The notes beneath the pieces were generated by a model. The model saw only the letters and a program-made list of their open reading frames with translations, searched no databases and was not told where the DNA came from. Of a DNA stretch of 64,000 nt, positions 51,291 to 63,119 are shown piece by piece. The translations under genes and the position numbers were made by a program. The number at the start of each line of letters is the position of its first letter. Position 1 is the stretch's first letter. The DNA is from Octopus bimaculoides (Eukaryota): positions 52,042,026 through 52,106,025 of the forward strand of contig NC_068988.1 of NCBI RefSeq assembly GCF_001194135.2. The letters are read 5' to 3'.

Positions 51291-51796
51291 GAGGATTTTG
51301 TGTACAGATTAAGTGTAAACAAACGTTATGAGGTAAAACATGCGGCACATATTTCACTGAAGTTAATTGATTCAAGAAAACAAGCGTGTGCATGTCATAC
51401 ATCTATTTGCTTCATCTATTTTCCTGACTATAGTATAACAATACAGAGAGCATAACAACAGATCTGGTAGGGCGATCAATAGTACAAGATATCACCACGC
51501 ACGGATATGCGCAAGCAAGCATACACACACACACACATATATATATATATAATGTGCAAACATATGGGTGAGAGTGTAGGTGTCTATGTATATGTATATA
51601 TACATACAAAAACACGTAAATATACGTATACAAGTTGTTGAATGACCGGTAGATGCATTGAATTAGGGAAACATGTTCAGCAAGCATATAAATAAGTCTC
51701 TCCACGAGATTCCACAGTGAGAAGTGCTTTGCAACAACTCTAAGCTATCATTGTAATGACCAAGTAAAGCAAAAACAAAAAAGGCTATCTACTAAC

Positions 51797-51840
51797 CAGG
51801 ATGGTACTTCAAAGTTGTTCACCAAAGGTTCCTTCGCCAT
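51797..51840 (-). CDS. PPP1R8: NIPP1 coding exon 1 (MAKEPLVNNFEVPS-W)
   Basis: ttcaaaATGGCG start; ends TG|gttagt (phase 2), completing Trp with the first G of the next exon; resembles the NIPP1 N-terminus (..F.CP.W-AGKPP). Confidence 0.85.
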
Positions 51841-51848
51841 TTTGAATA

Positions 51849-51865
51849 CTATAAAAGAATTATAG
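51849..51865 (-). promoter_or_regulatory. Putative splice acceptor of a 5'UTR intron of PPP1R8
   Basis: tataattcttttatag| lies 8 nt upstream of the ATG. Confidence 0.55.
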
Positions 51866-52323
51866 GCCACTCCAAGGGAGATAACTATTTTTCAAGGGAA
51901 GTAACTTTCCAGCAAAGACAAAAATAAACGAGAGAAGTATCATAAATTTTGACTTCAAACAAGACCTCAAACTTTGAGAACTGATTAAATTTATACTTAT
52001 TTCAAAGAGGATTAAATTGCTTGAAATTATTAATATGCACACACATGCTGTCCTGTCTTTAGTTTACAAGCAAGAGCTGGCACAAAAAAATAGTATTATT
52101 TTAAAATGTTTAACTTTTAAAACTACCATGTCAAAAATAGTTATATGTTCTGCACAATGATGAAGCTCCCATTCAGAAATAACGGACAAATCTTCCTCAA
52201 ATTATACCCTGCCATTTTATAAAAGAAAGCAAGTTGATATGTGTGTGTGTGTGTGTATATATATATATAAATTTAAAAGAAGAAAAGAAAATGGAGTTAA
52301 GGAAGTTAATAATTTTCTTATCA

Positions 52324-53715
52324 GTTTCAGCTCAAAGCTGTGGCCATACAGGGGCACCGCCGTTTTGCTACACTATTATTATCGAGATCCACCTCTGATA
52401 TGTCGTATTTGGTGAATAAGGGAGTTTGATGTTGCTGCCTTCATTTGCGCCTCCTGCCACGAGGTAGGTTCCTCTGGGACTCTCGACAGGAAGAGATCCA
52501 AGTTTGATTTGAAAACACCTACATCCACTTTGTGTATGTCCCTCAAGTTCTTTGGGAGAATATTAAAATGCTGTGGGCCCTTGAAACCCAGGCTGTTGCA
52601 GTAACTGGTCCTGAAGCGCGACGGCGTCACTGGGATCTTTGACACTGTGCAGTGGCAACCCGTTCAAGTATTTGTGTAGGTTTCAATGTCAAAATTTGAC
52701 ACAATCCCTTCCAGGATCTTCCAGGTGGATATATTACTGCATATCTCACCCGCCTTTGCTCCAGGGAGTAGAGTCATAGCTGTTTCAGCCTTTCCCAGTA
52801 GCTGAGCTGTTGCAATGAAATGATCTTCTTTGTGAAGCTTCGTTGGATTGCTCCAAGGTCTGCTCTTAATTTTACATTGTGGGGTGACCATAGTTGGGAG
52901 CAGTAGTCCAGGCGGCTGAGAACGAATGTCCTCCAGAGGACCATCATGGTTTCCTTCTCTCTGGTTCTGAAGGTTCTCAGGATCCAGCCAGCCATCCGCC
53001 TGCACGTTATTGCTACCTTGGTAATGTGCACTAGGAAAGAGGTAACATTACTCATGTTAATACCCAGGTACCACACTGATTTAGGTTCTGGGATTGTAAA
53101 ACCCCATAGGCCAGTGTACCCTGTAAGTTTTTGTTCAGTTTTGGGCGCTGGTAGCGCACGGCTTGGAATTTTCCAGCATTAAACTGCATATTATTATCCT
53201 CAGCCCATCTGTAAATTGGGCCCAACTCTTGCTGCAGGCATGCAACATCTCTAGGGTTTTGTATTTTCTCCGAGACTTTAGTATGGCCTGCATAGCTGAC
53301 AAGGGCAGTTATCCGGGCAGCTGAGGGCATATCTGGGAGAACCACTATGAAAAGCAGTGGTCCCAAGACAGTGCCCTGTGGAACACCACTCACTATTTGT
53401 GTTTTCTTTGGGGTGGTTCCATTGGTCACAACTGTCTGACTTCTATCTTTCAGAAAGTCATGTAACCACTTCCAAGTTTTCCAGCTATGCCAAGATCACG
53501 CAGTTTGTGGCATATCACACCATGATCAACTTTATCAAAAGCTTTTACAAAGTCAAGGTATATTACGTCCACATTTGAGTTGTCGAGTAACTGCTTCAAC
53601 ACCCAGTCATCGTGCTGTAGGAGTTGTGTCAGGCAACTCCTACCTAGTCGAAAACTATGCTGGGTATCACTCAGCAAGTCGTTTTCTTCAAGGAATGTGA
53701 TTAGTTGCCTCCTAT
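52324..53715 (-). mobile_element. 5'-truncated CR1/L2-group LINE (RT plus 3' end)
   Basis: QHSFRLGRSC, VIYLDFVKAFDKVDH, SGVPQGTVLGPLLF, SYAGH (decayed YADD), LDYCSQLWSP; frameshifts; 3' tail ggcggtgcccctgtatggccacagc. Confidence 0.92.
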
Positions 53716-53869
53716 TCATGCCATGCTGATGAGGGAAGTCAGAGAGAGAGAGGCCTGTCGTTTTTGGCATCTGTAATTGTGCTGTAAAAGCTGGGCTAGG
53801 CAGCTCCCACCTGGTTGAAAACCATGTTGGGTATTATGATTATCTTATTCACACCACAAGACCCCTTTG

Positions 53870-54230
53870 AATGAACAGCACATTGAATTTATGTCTCCAC
53901 ACTATCCACTCGTAATAACAAAATATGAACTCCTATCGGAATGTACCTATCATGGACAAGAAGCATTTCTACCCATTCTACACAGCACTTCCCTTGGATA
54001 ATGTAACTGCAACTGTAACATCCTTCATATATTTTTACTTTTATTTTTATTTTCTTATTTTCTTTTATACTTCCTATATTCATCCTTTTCCAAAACAACT
54101 CCTTATATTGAATTCTACTATTTACCTCTAGTTAACTCTTTCATATCATCTCTGTTGAAGGGATTTCCCTAATATCTCAGAAACAGTTGTAAGACTACCT
54201 TCTCTTTATAAATGTCCTATAAATTCCATA
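53870..54230 (+). mobile_element. Penelope-like relic with a degenerate hammerhead (54148-54195)
   Basis: CTGTTGAAGGGA...GAAACAGTTGTAAGACT parallels 5821-5869; upstream HFYPFY resembles the PLE C-terminus. Confidence 0.5.
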
Positions 54231-54910
54231 CAGCCTTGGTTTTGTTGTCTCATTTTATTTAAAACACACACGCACGCGCGCGCGCGCACGCACACACACA
54301 CACACACACACACAGAGTCATCTCAAGGATGTCGTGTCCTCATTAAGGATTAATAAATCCAAAATTTCACTGGTTTAATCTCCATCACATTAGAAGAANN
54401 NNNNNNNNNNNNNNNNNNNNNNNNNNNNNNNNNNNNNNNNNNNNNNNNNNNNNNNNNNNNNNNNNNNNNNNNNNNNNNNNNNNNNNNNNNNNNNNNNNNN
54501 NNNNNNNNNNNNNNNNNNNNNNNNNNNNNNNNNNNNNNNNNNNNNNNNNNNNNNNNNNNNNNNNNNNNNNNNNNNNNNNNNNNNNNNNNNNNNNNNNNNN
54601 NNNNNNNNNNNNNNNNNNNNNNNNNNNNNNNNNNNNNNNNNNNNNNNNNNNNNNNNNNNNNNNNNNNNNNNNNNNNNNNNNNNNNNNNNNNNNNNNNNNN
54701 NNNNNNNNNNNNNNNNNNNNNNNNNNNNNNNNNNNNNNNNNNNNNNNNNNNNNNNNNNNNNNNNNNNNNNNNNNNNNNNNNNNNNNNNNNNNNNNNNNNN
54801 NNNNNNNNNNNNNNNNNNNNNNNNNNNNNNNNNNNNNNNNNNNNNNNNNNNNNNNNNNNNNNNNNNNNNNNNNNNNNNNNNNNNNNNNNNNNNNNNNNNN
54901 NNNNNNNNNN

Positions 54911-56425
54911 AGCCCCCACCCCTGAGAACGCTAGTGCGAAATTTACAAAATATAATACAAAAATGTGAAATTGAGAAAATATAATCACAAGCAATATAAA
55001 AGGAGCATGCACAAAATATTAGTTTTACAAAGTTCAATGGCAAGGCATTGGTATTGTTCAGCACACGAGAAAACAATTGTCTTTCACAGGAAGAAAAAAG
55101 AAAAAAAGGTTAGATGTAAATAGTTCTAGTGAGTTTTTGGGGCCAATGCACAGTGCGGCCTGTTCTGGTGACATAGGGTTTGTTCGTGTTAGGTAGTAGC
55201 GATGAAGGTGGAGATGTAGGTGATGGTGTGGTCAAAGGTGCATGTACAGGTGGATGTGTAGGTGGTTGTAAAGGATCAAAAGTGGGCGTGGTTGGTGTGT
55301 CATCGAAGGGTGTGGACACCTCAAAATGTGCCCTTCTAAGTCTGTCGACCGACACGGTCTCTGCCCGACCATCGATGTCGAGACTAAAACTTTTGGCTAT
55401 CCGCAATAGCACACGAAATGGTCCCTTATAAGGAGAAACAATAGGTCCCTTGACAGAATCATCCTGAACAAAAATATGAGTCCATTTGTCAATGTCCGGT
55501 GGGACGTGAGAGGGAATAGTCTGGTCACGCGGATGCATAGGTGAAAGACTCGAGAAATACGAGCGAAGTCTGGTAACATACGACGTTGGATTAGGACGTG
55601 ATGAATTGTCTGGCGTCAACATTGTACCAGGAAGTGCTAGGATGGTACCGTAAAGGAGTTCAGCAGAGGAGAAACCTAAGTCTGTTTTAACAGCAATGCG
55701 ACAACCAAGAAGAACGATAGGCAGGAATTCTGTCCAAGACTGTGGATCGGGAGTGGCGCGTAGAGCAGCCTTCAGTTGCCTGTGAAAACGTTCGACCATC
55801 CCGTTGTAAGCTGGATGGTAGCTGGTCATACGAATGTGATGAACGCCAAGGATTCGCGACAATTCACGAAATACGAAAGCTTCAACTGGCGTCCACGATC
55901 AGTGGTTATTTTAGCTGGGACACCAAAGCGAGCAATCCAGTTAAAAACGAAAGCTCGAGCAACTAACTCAGCGGAAATGTCCACTATTGGAATGGCTTCA
56001 GGCCAACAAGAGAAACGATCGACGCATGTCAATATGTAAGAGAACCCGCGACTGACAGGCCATGGTCCAACTAGATCAATATCCGAAAACACACTTATCG
56101 GGGTTGATTCGCACATTGTAGGTGCGAAGACGCTGAAAATGTAGAGATAAGTGTTGGAGATGATTTTCACGCGTGTCGCTAGCTATGAGCAAATCATCGA
56201 CGTAAGCGAACACAAAGTCAAGTCCACGGACAACTTCATTGATAAACCTCTGGAATGTGCTCGTTGCATTCCGCAAACCGAAGCTCATAAGCAGGAACTC
56301 GAAACTTCCAAAGGAAGTGGGGGGAGTGACGGCAGTTTTGAGAATGTCGTCAGTGTTCATTGGAATCTGATGATAAGCTCGGACAAGGTCAACTTTGGAA
56401 AAAATGGTACAACCATGCAAGTTCA
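54911..56425 (-). mobile_element. Ty3/Gypsy relic with internal deletion (RT core fused to integrase)
   Basis: [38 protein letters not shown]; then IDLVGP, TTDRGRQ, YHPAYNGMVERFH, PYKGPF; purine tract GGGGTGGGGG before the gap. Confidence 0.92.
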
Positions 56426-56429
56426 AAGA

Positions 56430-56810
56430 AAAATCCTGGAGATTCTTTATAGGTTAAAGTGTTAAAGTGAAATTGTTCCTGTTATTGTAGGTGCCCTGGG
56501 TATGATAAAAAGAGATGCCAGAAACAGACAACATCACAGGAGAACCATGTCTCAAAGAAATCCAAAAGATTGTGCTGACAAAAGATTGTGCCCACATCCT
56601 TAGAAAAACCCTATCAGTTTAAATGTTTGTGTTGTATTATATGGAGATATTTCTCTACTGCTCTTGCCATTTCCCTTCACCAAGCTTTCAGTTATATTTC
56701 AACAACTCTTAACTTCACTTGCCCTGGGGCATTGGGTGTGTCTTGGCAAAGGATTGCATCAAACATGCAGATTGAAAGAAAACGACAACAACAATATTAA
56801 TAATAATACT
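56430..56810 (+). mobile_element. R4/Dong-like LINE 3' end
   Basis: IVPVIVGALGMIK...CLKEIQKIVL..AHILRKTLS; tail ending acaacaacaatattaataataat. Confidence 0.7.
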
Positions 56811-56829
56811 GCAAAGAAACAACTTGTGT

Positions 56830-57460
56830 AAGTTCGTGTGTGAGGAGAGTATGTGTGCAAAATGTAGAGTATGTGGAATTTGGGATGAAACAATGACACA
56901 CATTGTTGCAGAATGTCCCATGTTGGCCTAGGGAGAGTCCTATGGAGAATATAAGAAATGGAAATATGATCAAAAGGTGAAAGTTTTACACTGGAAACTT
57001 TGTCGAAAATGGAAGTAAATGATGCAATCATCAGGTAGAAAGAATTGAGCACATGCAAGATTTTGTGTGACTTTTCCATTCAAATAGATAACTATATGGA
57101 ACATAACAAGCTAGATAGTATAGTAATAGACAAGGAAAATTGAATTTGCATATTGATTGATCCATCATGTCCATTTGATAGTAGGATTGTGAAGAAAGGA
57201 GATATAAAGTTGGAAAAAACACAACCCATTAAAATTTGAGATTGCAAGGATTTAGGACATGAGATCAGTAAAATTTGTTCCTCTGATAACTGAGACATTA
57301 TGGACTGTGAGTGATGAAAAAGACTAACAGATGAAGGAGATTCAAATGGAATGTTCTGTAGAGCTTCTGTAGAGCTTCTGTAGAGCTCTTGTAGAGCTAA
57401 GGGGACTGGTCGTTGAAAACTGAGTATCTTACTTGTAGACATATTACAACACTGATGCTA
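56830..57460 (+). mobile_element. R4/Dong-like LINE fragment (CCHC knuckle plus RLE)
   Basis: CRVCGIWDETMTHIVAECPML...LHWKLC...DFSIQID..MEHNK.D...ID.SCPFD. Confidence 0.75.
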
Positions 57461-57507
57461 TCTATTCACAGCAAGATGTGCTGAACAGTTACAAGCTAAG
57501 TATCATG

Positions 57508-57800
57508 GTGAAGGCACATGGCTCAGTGGTTAGAGCATCAGGCTCACAGTCATGAGGTAGTGAGTTCAATTCCTGGACCGAACTGTGTGTTGTGTTCTTG
57601 AGCAAGACACTTTATTTTATGTTACTCCAGTTCACTCAGCTGTAGAAATGAGTTGCGACTTCATAGTGGTGTGGAGAAGGGAGGCTGGTATGCATGGGCG
57701 ACTGTTGCTCTTCCATAAACAACCTAGCGCGGACTTGTGCCTCGAAGGGTAACTTTCTACGTGCAATCCCATGGTTATTCATGACCAAAAGGGAGTCTTT
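57508..57800 (+). mobile_element. tRNA-headed SINE (family with ctccagttcactcagctg core)
   Basis: tggctcagtggttagagc A box, gagttcaattcc B box; related heads at ~23150 and ~42295. Confidence 0.75.
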
Positions 57801-58853
57801 ACCCTATCATGGTTATGCAAATAGTGCAGTAGCAGTAGTACCTATTTAATGCAGGTTGCACTGGGATCTTGAAAGCTAAGTGACTTGGTTTTGCACTTAG
57901 TGCAGTACAAGTGTCACCTTCTTATTGCAAGGTATACAAGACTGTTAAGAGTTAAGAATCTTGTCTGAGGCCAGGATATAAAAGGCAGTCTCCCTCAGTT
58001 GGATGTTTGATACTCTTGGCAAGTCAGTGAACCATGATAGCTCCTGCATGTAAGTGGAAAGTGTTCCATGATTTAAAGGGCCATGATAAATATCTCATCT
58101 CAGCTTGTATTACAACAATAGCTTACTAGTTATCTTATCACTGTAGCATACTAGTTATCAATAGCACTGCTTCATAAATCGTTTTGATTGATTACATCTG
58201 ACATGAATGGGCCTCGTGGTGGTAGAGGTGGCGGTGGTGGTAGTATCAGGGATGAGGGAAGCGGCGGGGATGGTGGTGATCGCGGTGGGGATGGTGGGGA
58301 TTGTGGCGGAGGGCAGAGGTGGGTGACAATGGTGGTGGCAGTGGTGGCAATGGTGATATAATGGTGGTATGATGTGGGAGGGGGGGGGGCAGAGAGATTG
58401 TACTGATGTGAGTGGCGGGTGGCAATGGTGTACGTGTGAATGGTGAGGTTCCAGTGATAATAATAGCAGTGATTGTGATAATAGCGGTTGTAGTAGTGAT
58501 AGTGGTGGTGGTGATGGGGTACAATTGGGGTAGTGGAGGTGGTAGAGGTGGTATGGAGAGGGGGGAGTGACAGTGGCGGTGGTGATAGCAGTGATGGCAG
58601 TGATATCTAGCTCAAAACTACTCTACGTATATAGGTTTTAGGTCAGTGCTACCATTAACCAGGAATTTCCTGATAACATACATTCACAAATATACACATC
58701 GAAGAACACATGCACTCAGACACTCATTCACATGCATCCACACACTCACCTCTACGAACACAAATATGCATGATATATGTGTATGTATGTATACATACGT
58801 ATATACATACATACAGCCATCAATGGAACTGTAAAGATACATGCATGCATCTC

Positions 58854-59017
58854 GACATGAAAATATATACATAAAAACGCATCCATAAAACAAACATACA
58901 AATCTGCGCATAAATACATATGCATACGCCTAGACATGAAAATGTATACATAAAAACGCATCCATAAAACAAACATACAAATCTGCGCATAAATACATAT
59001 GCATACGCCTAGACATG
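58854..59017 (+). repeat. 79-bp tandem array running into a gap
   Basis: Unit starts gacatgaaaat at 58854, 58933 and 59012. Confidence 0.9.
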
Positions 59018-60297
59018 NNNNNNNNNNNNNNNNNNNNNNNNNNNNNNNNNNNNNNNNNNNNNNNNNNNNNNNNNNNNNNNNNNNNNNNNNNNNNNNNNNN
59101 NNNNNNNNNNNNNNNNNNNNNNNNNNNNNNNNNNNNNNNNNNNNNNNNNNNNNNNNNNNNNNNNNNNNNNNNNNNNNNNNNNNNNNNNNNNNNNNNNNNN
59201 NNNNNNNNNNNNNNNNNNNNNNNNNNNNNNNNNNNNNNNNNNNNNNNNNNNNNNNNNNNNNNNNNNNNNNNNNNNNNNNNNNNNNNNNNNNNNNNNNNNN
59301 NNNNNNNNNNNNNNNNNNNNNNNNNNNNNNNNNNNNNNNNNNNNNNNNNNNNNNNNNNNNNNNNNNNNNNNNNNNNNNNNNNNNNNNNNNNNNNNNNNNN
59401 NNNNNNNNNNNNNNNNNNNNNNNNNNNNNNNNNNNNNNNNNNNNNNNNNNNNNNNNNNNNNNNNNNNNNNNNNNNNNNNNNNNNNNNNNNNNNNNNNNNN
59501 NNNNNNNNNNNNNNNNNNNNNNNNNNNNNNNNNNNNNNNNNNNNNNNNNNNNNNNNNNNNNNNNNNNNNNNNNNNNNNNNNNNNNNNNNNNNNNNNNNNN
59601 NNNNNNNNNNNNNNNNNNNNNNNNNNNNNNNNNNNNNNNNNNNNNNNNNNNNNNNNNNNNNNNNNNNNNNNNNNNNNNNNNNNNNNNNNNNNNNNATATA
59701 TATATATATATATATAAAATTATAATTTAGGGTATCTAAGAGATACTGCCATGCTGAAAATAGCAGTCAAATTTTGACTCTAAACCACAATATTTATTGT
59801 TACCATTTTTGATTTCTATTGCCATGCTGGCCACTTGATAAAATCGATATTTAAATATCGACCTTATCCATATATATATATATACTTGCATAGCAAGTGA
59901 CCTGATCTGAGATCGTGTGCTGGAACGAAAACAATTGCAGCGTGGAAGGTGTTTATAAGCCATTCAAGAAACACACAAAAACCGTTAGATTCACTTCAAC
60001 ATTTAAATTTAATTTGGCAAAATATTATCGTCGCTTTGAGACCGCGACCCGTTCCCTGACAAAATTCTGTGCTGCACAAATGCAGCACAGATGCTCTTCT
60101 GCTCTTCTGCTCTTGATGGCAAGACTCAGGTCTGTGACTTTGCCTCTATGAAGCATCTCCTCGTTTGTGATTTTATCTTGCCATCTAATGCCCAGAATTT
60201 TTCTGAGGCATTTTCTGAGGCATTACAGTCTTGTGTAATTATTGTTCTACAAGTGAATGAATTAGAAGAGGGCAGATGACACTGGTTTTATCTAAAC

Positions 60298-60874
60298 CAG
60301 TGGTTCTCAACTAGTTTTTACCTATGGATCCTTTTGATTACTATTTTACTCGGGTGGAATCCCATAGCGATTCAATGTTTAAAAACTAATTTTATAGATA
60401 TTAATAGTTATCGCCAAGCCAACATGGCAGTCCAAAAAATAGGACGAATGCTGCCGTTGATTAGCTCCAAGAGGCCATCACCTCTAGCTCACATAGCTAG
60501 CTAGAGGCGATGGCCTCTTGGAGCTTAATCAACGGCAGCATTCGTCCTATTTTTTGGACTGCCATGTTGGCTTGGTGATAACTATTAATATCCAGTACCG
60601 CTGCCGTAGTCTCCTTTAGAGAGACTTAGAAATATTAATATCTCTAATTTTATAGAAACTTCCTTCAAAATTCCTATTTTGTTTTTCACTCATTAACTTG
60701 TGTAGATTGAACTATGTATTACGTTAGAGAAATAAACCTGTTTCTTGCAATAAATACATCTAAAGTTAAAAAAAATTTTATGGACCTTAAAATACTACTG
60801 TGCGTCCCCAATTTACTATTTTGCTTGCTTGAACCCCGTCAAAATCTTATATGGACTCCTGTCGAGAACCACTG
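60298..60874. mobile_element. hAT-type MITE containing a long hairpin
   Basis: TIRs CAGTGGTTCTCAAC / GTCGAGAACCACTG; no matching 8-bp TSD. Confidence 0.75.
60397..60592. repeat. Near-perfect inverted repeat (93/94-nt arms, 9-nt loop)
   Basis: Only two substitutions and one 1-nt indel between the arms. Confidence 0.97.
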
Positions 60875-61252
60875 ACAAATAATTGTTGCAGCTGAGGAAC
60901 AAGAAACTGAGAAAAAACGACAAATTAGGCAAAATGGTTCGAGTGGAAGTAGTGGGTGTTGCAGGTCCAGTTGATCCAGTTGATCCGATCACCAGAACAG
61001 TCTGCTCATGAAATTAACGTGCAAATGGCCGAGCACTCCACCGACACGCGTACCTCTTAATGTAGTTCTCAGGATGATTCAGCGTTACACAGAACGTGAC
61101 AAGGCTAGTCCTTTGAATTTCAGATGCAACCCATTTTTGCCTGCTGAGTGGACTGGAGCAACTGGAAATAGAGTGCCTTGCTCAAGGACACAACGCGCCA
61201 CCGGGGGTCGAACTCACGACTTTACGACCGTGAGCCGAATAACCTAACCACC

Positions 61253-61624
61253 GTTGTTGGCACTCCGTCACTTACGACGTCGAGGGTTCCAGTTGATCCG
61301 ATCAACGGAACAGCCTGCTCGTGAAATTAACGTGCAAGTGGCTGAGCACTCCACAGACACGTGTACCCTTAACGTAGTTCTCGGGGATATTCAGCGTGAC
61401 ACAGTGTGATACAGTGTGACAAGGCTGATCCTTTGAATTACAGGTACAACAGAAAAGGAAGTAAGAGTGAAAGAAGGCTGTGGTGAAAGAGTACATTAGG
61501 GTTCGCCACCATCCCCTGCCGGAGCCTCGTGGAGCTTTTAGGTGTTTTCCCGGTCTGGGAATCGAAACCGCAATCCTATGACCGCGAGTCCGCTACCCTA
61601 ACCACTGGGCCATTGCGCCTCCAC
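61253..61624 (-). mobile_element. SINE family B inserted into another SINE head
   Basis: 12-bp TSD AACCTAACCACC at 61241-61252 and 61625-61636. Confidence 0.9.
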
Positions 61625-61846
61625 AACCTAACCACCAAGCCACGAGCTTTCCTTTTGGGCTAAAGAACATCAATAACGAAAATGTGCTAAATAAATAAAT
61701 AAATAAATAAATAAATATTTTTGTCTTAAAATAATCAAGAATATTAGAGAGATACTAGGAAGAATTATTAATATTTTTTTTCATCGCCGTCCCACAGGAA
61801 TTACTAGAGGAGATTAAAAGGGCTAATGTTCAGTCTGAATTATTAA

Positions 61847-62013
61847 TGTGAGGAGAGTTTGATCTCTAAACTCTAACATTACCAAATTACAGGTGAGTTT
61901 TTAGCTAGTTCTATACTCCGTCACTGAGCTGAACTTTACTACAACACTGTTACCAAACTACAGGTGAGTTTCTACTTAGTTCAGAAACTTATCACAGAAT
62001 ATTATACTTTTGT
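61847..62013 (+). repeat. 167-bp direct repeat, copy 1
   Basis: Four substitutions relative to 63689-63855; internal sub-repeat accaaa(t/c)tacaggtgagttt occurs twice. Confidence 0.97.
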
Positions 62014-62568
62014 ACGTTAGTAGGTGAATCTAAAACATAAGTAGAAAGATAAGATATGAAAATGGGAAGAGAATGTGTCCGTGTATGTGTGGCGTATGAA
62101 TGAGTCTGAGTGTGCGCGTAGATGGGACTGTCTGACAGTCTATGTTTGTGTGTGTGTGAGTGTGTAGTGATATATTGACAGACAGAGTGAAAAATAAGGA
62201 CGGAGATAAAGTTTCAGAAAATGTGAATTGGGGCGAGAGAAAAACGATTTGTGGCTATGTTTAGTACGAAGTCTAACTTTCAAGGTACAATAGAGCATAA
62301 ATCCAGTGAATCGGTTGAGTACCCACGGATCTTCGGAAGTGTAGTTGCCAGACAAGTAATTTGATCTGAGACCGTGTGTTGAAACTAAAACGATGGCTGC
62401 GTGGAAGATACATATTAGCAGGCCCGTAGTCAGACTTTGGTGTCAGGGGATGCTGCAGAATATTATGGGTTAGCACTAATTTGTATTGCGGGAAGGTTCT
62501 TGTAAACTGTATTTTCTTAATCTGAGGGCGCACCATTGAATAGTTATGGGTAAGTGCCGTCCAGGGCA

Positions 62569-62743
62569 TGGTGGAAGTCCGAAGCGCCTCTGACGTGCAA
62601 ATCGATCGTCGGAACCGAGTGTAAGGGCGAAAGACCAATCGAGCCGTCTTGTAGCTGGTTCCCTTCTAAATTTCCCTCAGGATAGCTGGCGCCAGCGGGA
62701 GAACGACACGCAATTCCGTCCGGTAAAGCGAACGACTGGAAGC
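62569..62743 (+). pseudogene. Orphan 28S rRNA fragment (domain II)
   Basis: ctgacgtgcaaatcgatcgtc...gggcgaaagaccaatcgagccgtcttgtagctggttccc...tttccctcaggatagctggc...ccggtaaagcgaa follows the conserved LSU core; no flanking rDNA. Confidence 0.93.
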
Positions 62744-63119
62744 ACCCTCTTAGCGATGGGCATGCGTATTATCCATTCAAAAACACACAAAGATTGTTAA
62801 CTTCACTTGAATATTTATATTTATTATTTGGTGTCAACATTTTCACTGCACGAACTTCGACATGGCCAGTAATCATGTTGGTGACTGAGATGCAGCTGGT
62901 GCGACGGACATTAAATAATAAATATTTAAATGAATTTGTCTTTTGTTACTTTTAAATGGCTAATAAGTATCTTCCACGCTACAAAGATATATATTGATGG
63001 ATTGATATTGGTTCTAAAGAATTGGTTTATATAAGTTTACTAAATTGGCGGAGCTATCTTAGAGGCATTTCGAAATTATGTATGTAAAATAAATTTTTTA
63101 TTCTAGACGAATATTCACT

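Noticed and set aside
56836-56852. 17-nt match tcgtgtgtgaggagagt with ~63684-63700
   Set aside because: Low-complexity and plausible by chance in 64 kb; no extension.
57350-57400. Short tandem repeats (agagcttctgt x3; aacatttttct at ~15940) as possible CRISPR-like arrays
   Set aside because: No spacers; simple slippage repeats in a eukaryotic genome.
62273-62638. 121-aa minus-strand ORF
   Set aside because: Starts antisense to the 28S fragment; no recognisable protein.
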